Shown here: in pieces, positions 8,459 to 17,774 of the stretch
Numbering within the stretch: position 1 is the stretch's first letter
How the letters are laid out: every line of letters begins with the position of its first letter
Virus record (IMG/VR): IMGVR_UViG_3300013006_000020
Span: 1 to 64,000 of that record
Length of the DNA stretch: 64,000 bases
Source: a virus
Reading direction: 5' to 3' (one strand)
The notes under the pieces: model-generated
Told to the model about the DNA's origin: nothing
The model's input: only the letters and a program-made list of their open reading frames with translations
Database searches by the model: none
Translations under genes and position numbers: made by a program

Positions 8459-9304
8459 ATGGATTTTTCCGCTATTAATAAACTTAATATTCTGCTTGGT
8501 ATCGCAAAGCCAGAACCAACAGTTTTTACACCATCGCCAGCCGAGCCAGCAGCAAAACCACCGAAAAAACCAAAGCCTGCACCTATTCCTTGTTTTAAGC
8601 TTAATGCATACTGGAAAAGCCTAATTGGTTTTTGGGAGGGCTATAGGCCCTATAGATATAGAGATAGCGAAGGCTATTGGACAGTAGGAGTTGGAACACT
8701 AATTGATAAAAGAAAAGTTTCAATTTCAAGAATTCAATCAAGGCTTGGTGGATATTTTACATCAGTAATGGATGGTATAAACTCCGACACTGATCCAATA
8801 ATATTTTCTGCAGGCTCTAGAAATGGAGATAGTCCAATGCCAGGAACATCTCAAGCTCCAGTATCTATTGATACTGCTTGGCAGTGGGCGGATGTAGATC
8901 TACAAAACGCATATAAGGTTATATTTAACCTTTTAGGTCCAGAAGCATGGTCAAGATTATCGTATCCAGTACAATGTGTTTTGGTTTCGCTAAGCTATCA
9001 AGCAGATATAAGAAACTTTGTTTTATTAATAGCAGCCTTAAAACAACAGCCACCAGACTATGTAGAAGCGGCAAACCAAATGAAAAGATCAACTTGGTAT
9101 AGTCAAACACAAAGTGACAGAAAAGAACCAATGATTGCGATAATGAAATCAGGAGGTTCGTATACACCAACAACGATTGGCACATTTACAGCATCAAATC
9201 CAGAAACAGCAAGAACAAATCCATGTAATTTAAATTCTTCAACAAATCCAGAAAGTTTACCAAATTGGCCATCTACACCTCAAGAAACATTGATCTTGGA
9301 TTAA
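8459..9304 (+). CDS. T4-type (GH24) lysozyme with leader-like N-terminus
   Basis: WEGYRPYRYRDSEGYWTVGVG (E-x8-D-x5-T triad), AANQMKRSTWYSQT..R C-terminal motif; start moved to 8459. Confidence 0.85.
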   Translation: MDFSAINKLNILLGIAKPEPTVFTPSPAEPAAKPPKKPKPAPIPCFKLNAYWKSLIGFWEGYRPYRYRDSEGYWTVGVGTLIDKRKVSISRIQSRLGGYFTSVMDGINSDTDPIIFSAGSRNGDSPMPGTSQAPVSIDTAWQWADVDLQNAYKVIFNLLGPEAWSRLSYPVQCVLVSLSYQADIRNFVLLIAALKQQPPDYVEAANQMKRSTWYSQTQSDRKEPMIAIMKSGGSYTPTTIGTFTASNPETARTNPCNLNSSTNPESLPNWPSTPQETLILD

Positions 9305-9311
9305 GTGCTAC

Positions 9312-9707
9312 TTAAATAGTTGGAAATTTTCTGCGTTGACTCTGGGTTGGATTATACGATGATTCCTTTGTTATTTTTGAGAATACTGTTTTAAATCTTT
9401 TAACTGTATTTTCAGGAACCGCAAATGGAGCTATATAAAATCCAAACTGATAGCACCCTGGATTGTCTTCTGCATCAATAGAGTATGTTCCAAAAAATCC
9501 AGCGTCTGTTATTCCAGTTAAAGTAATCTGCCAAGAGTATCCAGTCAAAACATCGCCGCCTAGCAAATAAGAAGCTTGAAGAACATTGTTTTGCGCATCG
9601 TAAATCATTACGGCTTGAGGTGGACAGCTTGAAAGTGGGGTTTGAAATCCCGAACCGTTTAATACTACGGAGCTTGTTGTTCGGTTACTTGTAGTAATTG
9701 TAGGCAT
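9312..9707 (-). CDS. hypothetical beta-rich (Ig/Fn3-like?) protein
   Basis: 131 aa, Thr/Ser/aromatic beta pattern, basic C-tail; adjacent to 9708-10196. Confidence 0.6.
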   Translation of the reverse strand: MPTITTSNRTTSSVVLNGSGFQTPLSSCPPQAVMIYDAQNNVLQASYLLGGDVLTGYSWQITLTGITDAGFFGTYSIDAEDNPGCYQFGFYIAPFAVPENTVKRFKTVFSKITKESSYNPTQSQRRKFPTI

Positions 9708-10196
9708 TTAAAATTTCGGCACTTCGTTTCTGGTTTTTTTTGATCTTTTTAAAGGGCCATTACTAGAAGATCTTGTTGTTTTAATTCCAAAGCCATAAAA
9801 TGCTGGTACGGTAAGAATATTAGAAAATGTCGTAACAAAACCATCTGGGTTTGTTACACTAACCCTATATTGACTGCTACCACTCGCCCCGTGCTTATGA
9901 GTATACACCCAGTAATTTTTTGTAATAAACGCGGGTTCTACACCAAACTGGCCTGCTTGAAATGAAAAAATTGACGTAAAAGTTGGTGCACCAGGTGCCT
10001 TGTAGGATAACTCATAAATTAACTGCTCTGCATTGCCACCACTTAAAGCCGATCCCATATAACACTCAAGTGTTGTTGATGACTCGTCTCTGCCGTAAGC
10101 AAAAAGAGTTATATCATTTGGCAGTTCTTGTGGCGGTGTATTCACTTTAAATCTGCGATTGTTGTATTGGTCGCAACTCGACCCTTCCTCTACCAC
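9708..10196 (-). CDS. hypothetical Fn3-like protein
   Basis: YELSYK...QYRVSVTNPDG..FSNILTV resembles Fn3 C-terminal strands. Confidence 0.55.
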   Translation of the reverse strand: MVEEGSSCDQYNNRRFKVNTPPQELPNDITLFAYGRDESSTTLECYMGSALSGGNAEQLIYELSYKAPGAPTFTSIFSFQAGQFGVEPAFITKNYWVYTHKHGASGSSQYRVSVTNPDGFVTTFSNILTVPAFYGFGIKTTRSSSNGPLKRSKKTRNEVPKF

Positions 10197-10350
10197 ACAT
10201 CTTTACAAGACCCATGCGCCTGCGCATTTCACGTATTGACTTTAGTGTTCTACCCAAAGTTGACGCTATTTCACAGTCTCTCATTTTTCCAGCTTCTAGC
10301 TTTAAAAAATTCTTATGTTCTTCGCTCCATCTCTCTTTTTTATCCTGCAT
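10147..10350 (-). CDS. small HTH/Myb-like DNA-binding protein
   Basis: WSEEHKNFLK...EIASTLGRTLKSIREMRRRMGL; AGGAG RBS and GTGTAT upstream. Confidence 0.75.
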   Translation of the reverse strand: MQDKKERWSEEHKNFLKLEAGKMRDCEIASTLGRTLKSIREMRRRMGLVKMCGRGRVELRPIQQSQI

Positions 10351-10368
10351 AATATTCTCCTGTAATTA

Positions 10369-10390
10369 ATACACCTTTCTAGTCTATAAT
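10369..10390. promoter_or_regulatory. divergent GTGTAT (minus) / CTATAAT (plus) promoter-like pair
   Basis: ATACAC 10369-10374; CTATAAT 10384-10390, 5 nt before GTG 10396. Confidence 0.55.
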
Positions 10391-10395
10391 AGAAC

Positions 10396-10992
10396 GTGAA
10401 AAGACCTCAGAAAGACACAGTTGCCATCTTTTTGAAAAAATTCTCAAAAACTTCTGAGTATAAAATCTCAAGAGAAGAGGTCTTGTCTCTTGTTGAAAAA
10501 ATAGCACAAACGCATATGACAAAAACATTTGCGTATATGACAGTAGAAGATATAGCATCCCAGACGCGCCTAATATGCATGCAACAGTTAAAATTTTACG
10601 AACCAGAAAAAGGCGCTGGGTGGGATGATATTAATTCGCTTGAAAGATGGCTCAATCGTGTTGTAAAAAATAGACTTAAAAATTTTTATAGAGACCATTG
10701 CGGTAGTCTTAATGAACAACACAAGAAAGCACGAGTCTCTTTAAGCGCCAAAGCAAGAAACACAAAAGAAGACGCTATTGCATATGAGCCAGCAACTGGC
10801 AAAAATGAAACGGAAAACTCCGTTGTCTTTGCTGAGCTAAAAGATTTTATGGAATCTCGTTTATCTGAAGAGGGACGAGAAATATATAGAGCATGCCTAT
10901 CTGAGGAGCCAGTAAACTCATACTATAAAAACAAACTCAGAATAGAAATATCGCAAATCATGCAGGAGTGGACACATGGCAAAGCGAATTGA
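10396..10992 (+). CDS. phage sigma-70-like factor
   Basis: EDIASQTRLICMQQLKFYEPEKG...LERWLNRVVKNRLKNFYRD matches sigma region 2 pattern. Confidence 0.7.
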   Translation: MKRPQKDTVAIFLKKFSKTSEYKISREEVLSLVEKIAQTHMTKTFAYMTVEDIASQTRLICMQQLKFYEPEKGAGWDDINSLERWLNRVVKNRLKNFYRDHCGSLNEQHKKARVSLSAKARNTKEDAIAYEPATGKNETENSVVFAELKDFMESRLSEEGREIYRACLSEEPVNSYYKNKLRIEISQIMQEWTHGKAN

Positions 10993-11818
10993 AGAAGCTG
11001 ATAAGGTTTATATAGAAAATAACTGTAAATATAAAACTGATGCCGAAATAGCCAAGCATATTGGCTGTTCTGTAAAAACAGTTGAGCGCTATAGAAAAAG
11101 CATTGGCATGATGAAAAACGCGACCAAAGATCCAGTTGTTATAGTTGAGGGTCGCAAAGAAAATTATAATAGAGACATATTTGACTTTCACGTTCGCTCT
11201 TTTGAAACAAGTCCGAGGGGCGGCAGAATTAAAAAACAGCTTCCGCCAGACGAATGGACTCTTTTTGCCGAAGAATGGGCAAATTATAAAATTCAGCTTG
11301 AAGATCTCACACACACAGAACAAAACACTGTTGAGCAGCTTATATTTTTAAAGCTAAGAATAGATAAAAATCAAAAAGATTATTACGAAGCCATGAGAAT
11401 ACGAGATTCTATAATGGCTGAAAATGAAATTGTTGATATTAAAGATCTTGATTTATCTGATCCAAAACAGGCAGAGCTTTATCAAAAGGTATTTAATTCT
11501 TCAATAAGGGCTACCGATCTTAACAAAGAGTATAAAGATTTACTTGAAAAATCTACAAAATTAAATGAAACACTAAACGCCACAAGACGGCAAAGAGAAG
11601 AAAAGGGTAAGGTTGGTGGAGATACGTTTTTTTCTCTTTGCAAAAAGTTTGAATCAATGCAAACACGAGAAAAAGAAGGCCGTATGGCGGAACTGCTTCG
11701 TCTTTCAATGGAAAAGAAACAAGACAAAATGAGAAACGCAATAGAGTTTATGGATGGAGAACTGGCTCCACAACTAATGGACTCAGAAACAGTAGCAAAG
11801 GTTAGAGATCAACAATGA
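10976..11818 (+). CDS. HTH/coiled-coil protein, possible terminase small subunit
   Basis: N-terminal TDAEIAKHIGCSVKTVERYRK HTH; upstream of TerL. Confidence 0.5.
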   Translation: MAKRIEEADKVYIENNCKYKTDAEIAKHIGCSVKTVERYRKSIGMMKNATKDPVVIVEGRKENYNRDIFDFHVRSFETSPRGGRIKKQLPPDEWTLFAEEWANYKIQLEDLTHTEQNTVEQLIFLKLRIDKNQKDYYEAMRIRDSIMAENEIVDIKDLDLSDPKQAELYQKVFNSSIRATDLNKEYKDLLEKSTKLNETLNATRRQREEKGKVGGDTFFSLCKKFESMQTREKEGRMAELLRLSMEKKQDKMRNAIEFMDGELAPQLMDSETVAKVRDQQ

Positions 11819-12837
11819 AAACAGCAATAGTAACAGGTTGCCCTGGACAAGACGCATCATATCTATCAGAGCTTTTACTAGAAAAGGGATATAAGGTATA
11901 TGGAATATATCGCCGTAGCTCTACTGAAAAAAACGCATCAAATATGGCAGTTGCAGAAAGACATACAGACTTTCATCAGATCAATCTTGATATAACTGAC
12001 GCTTCTGGTATCTTCAGTATTATTTCCCATATTAGACCAGACGAATATTATAATCTTGCAGCAATGTCTCATGTTGGACAAAGCTTTAAAGAGCCAATTT
12101 CCTGTGCTTACGTAAATGGAACTGCGGTTACAATCGTTCTTGAGGCAATTGCAAAACATTCGCCACACACAAGATTTTATCAGGCTTCTACATCAGAGAT
12201 GTTTGGTGGAATAACGGAAAGCCAATCGGAAACAACTTCGTTTGTCCCGAGAAGTCCATATTCTGCCGCCAAGCTGTACGCTCATAATATGGTTGATATT
12301 TATAGAAAGTCATACGGGATATATGCTTGTTGTGGCATTCTATTTAATCATGAAAGCCCTAGACGTGGTTTTGATTTTGTGACTAGAAAAATAACTAGTG
12401 GAATAGCAAGATATAAACTTGGTCTTTCTAGTCATATAGAACTTGGAAACCTTGCAGCTAAAAGAGACTGGGGGCACGCTAAAGATTATGTTAGAGCCAT
12501 GTGGATGATGTTGCAGGCTCAAGAACCAAGCGATTATGTTGTTGCGACTGGTGAAACAATTTCAATTAAAGATGCTCTTGAATATGTTTGTGGTATTGCT
12601 GGGGTTGAGCCAAATGAAGCTTGTAAAATCAACCCAGCATTTAATCGACCACTAGAGGTAAATGTACTTTGTGGAGACCCATCAAAAATTAAAAGAGAAC
12701 TAGGATGGCAACCAGAATATACCTGGCAAGACTTGCTTTACGAGATGTATCAACACGATTACAGTATTAATTACTCTCAAAGTGTATTAAATAGTAGTGG
12801 CAAAGAAAAGGTTGAGGAAACCCAGGTTCAGGCGTAG
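11815..12837 (+). CDS. gmd: GDP-mannose 4,6-dehydratase
   Basis: TGCPGQDASYL, YNLAAMSHVGQSF, YQASTSEMFG, PRSPYSAAK, ILFNHESPRRG, RDWGHAKDYV. Confidence 0.95.
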   Translation: MKTAIVTGCPGQDASYLSELLLEKGYKVYGIYRRSSTEKNASNMAVAERHTDFHQINLDITDASGIFSIISHIRPDEYYNLAAMSHVGQSFKEPISCAYVNGTAVTIVLEAIAKHSPHTRFYQASTSEMFGGITESQSETTSFVPRSPYSAAKLYAHNMVDIYRKSYGIYACCGILFNHESPRRGFDFVTRKITSGIARYKLGLSSHIELGNLAAKRDWGHAKDYVRAMWMMLQAQEPSDYVVATGETISIKDALEYVCGIAGVEPNEACKINPAFNRPLEVNVLCGDPSKIKRELGWQPEYTWQDLLYEMYQHDYSINYSQSVLNSSGKEKVEETQVQA

Positions 12838-13195
12838 AGATGGTCGATACTCACCAGAGTATTGGAGTTTCAGAAAAGAAGTTCTTAAAAGAGATGGGTT
12901 TTGTTGTCAGTTTCCTGGGTGTAATGAAAAACGTGGTCTTGAAGTTCACCATATAAAAAAATATGCTAGCTCTGCAAGGTTAAGAACAGAAAAATTTAAT
13001 GGTATAACGCTTTGTAAAAAGCATCATGATCAAGTAACTGGAAAAGAAGAGCAGTTTGAATCGGAGTTTTTTAAAATAATTTGTCAAAAAAACACCGAAG
13101 AAATACAGAGGATAAATGAACTCCGGAAACAAGGGTTCGCTAAAGAAGGCCCAAAAAACACTAGAGAGCGTTACATACGCAAACGTAATCATTGA
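12797..13195 (+). CDS. HNH endonuclease
   Basis: RDGFCCQFPGC...LEVHHIK...NGITLCKKHH. Confidence 0.9.
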   Translation: MAKKRLRKPRFRRRDGRYSPEYWSFRKEVLKRDGFCCQFPGCNEKRGLEVHHIKKYASSARLRTEKFNGITLCKKHHDQVTGKEEQFESEFFKIICQKNTEEIQRINELRKQGFAKEGPKNTRERYIRKRNH

Positions 13196-13685
13196 TAATC
13201 AAGAAAAAAAACCATGGGACTTTACTGAAAAGCTACCTTCAAAGTTTTTTGTAAAAAATGTTATGGTAAAAAATCTTGAGTATGGCGATTATACTCTTGA
13301 TGGTTACGATCTTCCAGAGTTTAAAAACAGTATTATAATTGAAAGAAAAGCTTCTGTAGAAGAGCTTTTGGGTAATGTTGGAAAAAACTGGGAAAGATTT
13401 CAAAGAGAACTAGACGGCCTTCAAAAGTATTCAAGAGCGGTAATAATAGTAGAGGATGATCTTCATGACGCATATGCAAAATACATGGGGAGAAATCCAA
13501 AAAAGGGAATGTACTTTACATTACCGCCGGACTTTTTGCTTTCTCGAATAACAGAGATAGATTACAAATGGGGCATCAAAACTTTATTTTTAAGCAGCAA
13601 GTATTTTGCAAGACGATACGCATGTAATATGTTTAGATCAATATTAGGAGAAATTAAAAATGAATCTGAGCCAAGAGTATCTTGA
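13116..13685 (+). CDS. ERCC4-domain nuclease
   Basis: IIDNQEKKPW...LEYGDY...IIIERK...ELL (GDY-xn-ERK). Confidence 0.8.
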   Translation: MNSGNKGSLKKAQKTLESVTYANVIIDNQEKKPWDFTEKLPSKFFVKNVMVKNLEYGDYTLDGYDLPEFKNSIIIERKASVEELLGNVGKNWERFQRELDGLQKYSRAVIIVEDDLHDAYAKYMGRNPKKGMYFTLPPDFLLSRITEIDYKWGIKTLFLSSKYFARRYACNMFRSILGEIKNESEPRVS

Positions 13686-15630
13686 TAATTTATACCTAGA
13701 GCTTGGAGACACTAGATCTCTTGATATCTCTAATCCTATAGATATATACGCGCCAAAAGAAAGAACCGCTGAAGAACTTATTAAAATGGGGATGGACCCA
13801 CGATACATTGGGTTTACCGCAAAACACTTTCTAGGTGTTAATTTATTCCCGTATCAAATGGCGGTATTAAACGAAATATGGAATAAAAGACTTCCAATTT
13901 TGATTGCAACCAGAGGTGGTGCAAAAACAACCATGCTTGGTATAACAGCAATACTAAAAGCCATGTTTAATCAAGGCTCTAAAATAGTCATTGCTGGTGC
14001 TGGTTTAAGACAATCTGGTTTAGTGTTTGAGTCTATGGAAAATATTTGGAAGAACGCTCCCATTCTTCAAGATATATGTGGATCAAACAATGGACCAAGA
14101 CGAAGCGTCCTTGGATTCAACTGGGATATTGGTGATAGCAAGATCATGGGCATCCCAATTGGTACAGGTGAAAAAATCAGAGGTCTGCGTGCCAATGTAA
14201 TTATCGTTGACGAGTTTGCATCAGTTAATCCTGATATTTTTGAAGTTGTAATTAGAGGCTTTGCAGCAGTACAAAGTCAAAATACCTTTGAAAAAGTAAA
14301 ACAAGAATATATACGAAGAGCAATTCAAGAAACTCTTGGTGAAGAAGCCGTTGATGATGCGTTAAAAAACACAGGCAACCAAATAATACTTGCGGGTACT
14401 GTTAGCTATCAATTTAATCATTTTTATAAATACTATCAAGACTACGTAAACATTATAACCTCTGATGGAAAAGCAGGAGTTGATCCAAGTGAATACGCAA
14501 TAGTCAGAATACCTTTTGATCAAATGCCACCTGGCATTATGGATGAAACCATTTTAAATCAAGGTAGAGCCACAATGGATTCTGTAATTTTTAAAATGGA
14601 ATATGGCTGTGTGTTTGCAAAAGACTCAGAAGGATTCTATCCGGCGTCTGCAATATATGCCGCCACAAGCCCGATTAAAACCCCCGAGGGAGATATATCC
14701 TTTACTGTTGAGTCGTACGGAGACAAAACAGCTAAATATGTTCTTGGAATTGACCCCGCATCCGAGCGAGATAATCTTGCAATCAGTATTATCAAAGTAA
14801 CAGAAAACGCTAAACAGCTTGTTTTTTGTTGGAGCACAAACAGAAAGCGATTTGAGGCCGACAAGAAAAAACACCCAGACAGATACAAAGAAATATCTGA
14901 TTACAATACCTTCATTCTTAGAAAGATACATGAGCTTTTTGCTAGATTTAATATAGTTAGAATGCATTTAGACTCTGGCGGTGGTGGTAGATCCATTCTT
15001 GAGGGCCTAAAGGACCATTCTAAACTTAAAGATGGCGAGTATTGCATATATGATATGGATGACGAAGAGTGTTCTGATAAAGTTGGTTTGCATGTTATCA
15101 AAGTAATAGAGTTCTCTTCTAGAGAGTGGTATGAGGGAGCACATTTTAATCTACTTAAAGATATCACAACTATGAAAATACTTTTTCCCGAGTACGATGC
15201 TTTGGGAATAGAGCAGGCAAAAATACTTGGTTTAGAATCAGATAATGATTACAACCACGATAACATACTATCAGAGATAGAAGAGTGTAAGTATCAAACC
15301 ACCTTAATACAAGAACAAACCACTCCTAAAGGACAAAAAAGATGGGATCTACCAAGGATAAAAGGGGTGGTTACAGAGGGTGTAAAACTCAGACTTAAAA
15401 AAGACCATTTCACAAGCTTGTTGCTAGCAAATGATGCCGCACGAAATCTTAATACTGAGGTGCAGCAACAAATATCTACTTTTGGTGGATACTCTTCAAA
15501 ATACATAGTGCAAAACAATATACGCTCAGATGTGATGTATCAAGGTCGTGGAATGAGAAAGATGAAAGGTGATCAAAGATCTTCAAATATTTCTATAGAA
15601 CAGGGCAGACAGGGAAACATAGCGTATTAG
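13660..15630 (+). CDS. terminase large subunit
   Basis: LFPYQ, ATRGGAKTT Walker A, IRGLRANVIIVDEFA Walker B, LGIDPA nuclease motif. Confidence 0.9.
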   Translation: MNLSQEYLDNLYLELGDTRSLDISNPIDIYAPKERTAEELIKMGMDPRYIGFTAKHFLGVNLFPYQMAVLNEIWNKRLPILIATRGGAKTTMLGITAILKAMFNQGSKIVIAGAGLRQSGLVFESMENIWKNAPILQDICGSNNGPRRSVLGFNWDIGDSKIMGIPIGTGEKIRGLRANVIIVDEFASVNPDIFEVVIRGFAAVQSQNTFEKVKQEYIRRAIQETLGEEAVDDALKNTGNQIILAGTVSYQFNHFYKYYQDYVNIITSDGKAGVDPSEYAIVRIPFDQMPPGIMDETILNQGRATMDSVIFKMEYGCVFAKDSEGFYPASAIYAATSPIKTPEGDISFTVESYGDKTAKYVLGIDPASERDNLAISIIKVTENAKQLVFCWSTNRKRFEADKKKHPDRYKEISDYNTFILRKIHELFARFNIVRMHLDSGGGGRSILEGLKDHSKLKDGEYCIYDMDDEECSDKVGLHVIKVIEFSSREWYEGAHFNLLKDITTMKILFPEYDALGIEQAKILGLESDNDYNHDNILSEIEECKYQTTLIQEQTTPKGQKRWDLPRIKGVVTEGVKLRLKKDHFTSLLLANDAARNLNTEVQQQISTFGGYSSKYIVQNNIRSDVMYQGRGMRKMKGDQRSSNISIEQGRQGNIAY

Positions 15631-15661
15631 TGTATTAAACAAATAGCTATAATGGTGTAAC

Positions 15662-17296
15662 ATGTCAGAGGAACAGAACTTTTATATATCGCCCGATGCA
15701 GATAAACAAGATGGCCTAAACAAGCTTGGCAAGGCTATGGCTGGTCAAGACATGGCGGTTGCAGGATTCTATTCAAATCTTGAAGAGAACATTTCTGTTC
15801 GCCCGCCATTTACAAGAACAACATACGAAAGATTTAGACCGCACGAAAGAATTCCAGATAAAGATAACGATATAATGACCTCCTGCCGAAACGCTTATCA
15901 AAGCGTCGGCGTCATTAGATCGGTTGTTGATCTAATAACTGAAACAGCAGTTGAGGGTCTTGAAATTGTAAGTGAAAACGAAAACATTAACAATTTCTTT
16001 AGGGTTTGGTCTAATAACGTTTCCTTAAAAGAACGAGCTGAAAGATTTGCAAATTATTTTGTTGTTGAGGGTAATGTTGTCGTTCGAAGAAAGACATCGC
16101 AAATTGATACTCCAACAGCTCGTAGAATGAAACGAGCTAATGGTATTGAAAAAATTGATATTCCAACAGAATACGTTTTTTATGACCCACAAACAATACG
16201 TCTTCTTGGTGGCGAGCTTGCTATTTTTTCTGGCATAAAACGTTGGGGGATTAAAGTAAGTTCAGCCCAGGTTCAAGATCTAAAAGATGCTTACGCACAA
16301 GATAAAAGCATACTTAAGAGCGTGCCAGATGAAATCAAGAAGTTAATTGGTGATAAAAGTAACACAGGAGAAACAGTAATACCAATTCCAGAAGATGAGG
16401 TTTACGTTGCTCACTATAAGAAAAAAGACAGTGAAATATGGGCAAAAAGCTTTATATTTAGTATTTTGCACGATGTCATATACAATGAAAAATTGCGTAT
16501 GGCAAAGATAAGCGCTCTTGACAGCTGGTATAACTCTGTTCGCCTTTGGAAACTTGGTGATCACAAAGCAGAAATTTTACCAGACACTGGATCAATAGTA
16601 AAACTAGCAAAGATACTTGAAAACCATAGCGGTGGTACACTTGATGTCATTTGGGATTCCATGCTTGATTATCAGCAGTACTTTCCGCCAATCGAAAAGC
16701 TTCAAAACTTTGAAGAAAATTATGAGTCAATGCTTCTTGGTTTAGGTGTTCATAAAAGTTTAATTGGTGGTGATAGTAATGTTCCGGGAAGCTCAGATTC
16801 ATTTATTGGCCTAAGAAATTTAATGAAGCGGATAGATTGTGTTAGAAGAGCAATGGCTGATTGGATTACAACAGAAATAAATCAGATTTGCGATGAGATG
16901 GGATTTCAAGATAGACCAACTGTTAGATTTAATAATGATAACTTGTTTGATCAACCAAGTTACTTTAAATTGCTCATAGAGCTGGCTGATAGAAATATAA
17001 TATCTAATCAAACTATTCTTGAAAAGATTGGTGAAATGTGGAATATTGAAAAAACTAGAGTTAAAAATGAAAGCGAGTCACGAAAAGATGGTGAAATTCT
17101 TGATAAGCTTAGCCCGTTCATTCAAACTATTATTCCTGAAAGCAATCATAAAAAGGCAAAAGAACTGCAGCAGTTGCGACTAGAAATACCTGGTGCGAAA
17201 GAACCACCAGGTCAAGCTGGTCGCCCCGATGGATCAAAAGATACTGTTACAAGAAAAGTTAAGAAAAGAACTCGGGCTGATAAAAAGAGCACTTAA
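15662..17296 (+). CDS. portal protein
   Basis: 544 aa directly after TerL; VIRSVVDLITE, YFVVEGNV, C-terminal GRP motif typical of portals. Confidence 0.8.
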   Translation: MSEEQNFYISPDADKQDGLNKLGKAMAGQDMAVAGFYSNLEENISVRPPFTRTTYERFRPHERIPDKDNDIMTSCRNAYQSVGVIRSVVDLITETAVEGLEIVSENENINNFFRVWSNNVSLKERAERFANYFVVEGNVVVRRKTSQIDTPTARRMKRANGIEKIDIPTEYVFYDPQTIRLLGGELAIFSGIKRWGIKVSSAQVQDLKDAYAQDKSILKSVPDEIKKLIGDKSNTGETVIPIPEDEVYVAHYKKKDSEIWAKSFIFSILHDVIYNEKLRMAKISALDSWYNSVRLWKLGDHKAEILPDTGSIVKLAKILENHSGGTLDVIWDSMLDYQQYFPPIEKLQNFEENYESMLLGLGVHKSLIGGDSNVPGSSDSFIGLRNLMKRIDCVRRAMADWITTEINQICDEMGFQDRPTVRFNNDNLFDQPSYFKLLIELADRNIISNQTILEKIGEMWNIEKTRVKNESESRKDGEILDKLSPFIQTIIPESNHKKAKELQQLRLEIPGAKEPPGQAGRPDGSKDTVTRKVKKRTRADKKST

Positions 17297-17339
17297 GTAA
17301 ATAACAATTAAAAATTGTGTATTAGCTCAGGAGGCAAAT

Positions 17340-17774
17340 ATGCCAATTGAGCTTTTATCAATGATCGGCGGTAGTACTCTAGGGTTTGTTTTTAGATACC
17401 TAGCCGAAAAAAGACAGGATGAAAAAGAGCTTTTCGAAAGAGCGCTCGAAGCAAACAAGCAGACTACATCTAATCAAGATCAAGCATCAAAGCGAGTTCC
17501 TATTGATGTTGGTAAAGGCGTTAGACAGCTGATAGTACTAACTGTTCTTTTCGGATCAATAGCGGCACCATTTATACTTCCGTTCTTTGGTGTTCCAACT
17601 TTTGTTGAGGTAGATGCAAAAAATCCAGAAGTTCTTTTTGGAATAGTTCCTGAAACAACTCGCAAGTTTTTTGTTGAAGTAAATGGGTTTTTATACTCAT
17701 CTGAAAATAGACAGATACTTTTAAGCATTGTTGGTTTTTACTTTGGCACATCTGCAGCAGCGAGGAAGTCATGA
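17340..17774 (+). CDS. membrane protein (holin-like?)
   Basis: 2-3 hydrophobic segments ending SIVGFYFG; AGGAGG RBS. Confidence 0.55.
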   Translation: MPIELLSMIGGSTLGFVFRYLAEKRQDEKELFERALEANKQTTSNQDQASKRVPIDVGKGVRQLIVLTVLFGSIAAPFILPFFGVPTFVEVDAKNPEVLFGIVPETTRKFFVEVNGFLYSSENRQILLSIVGFYFGTSAAARKS

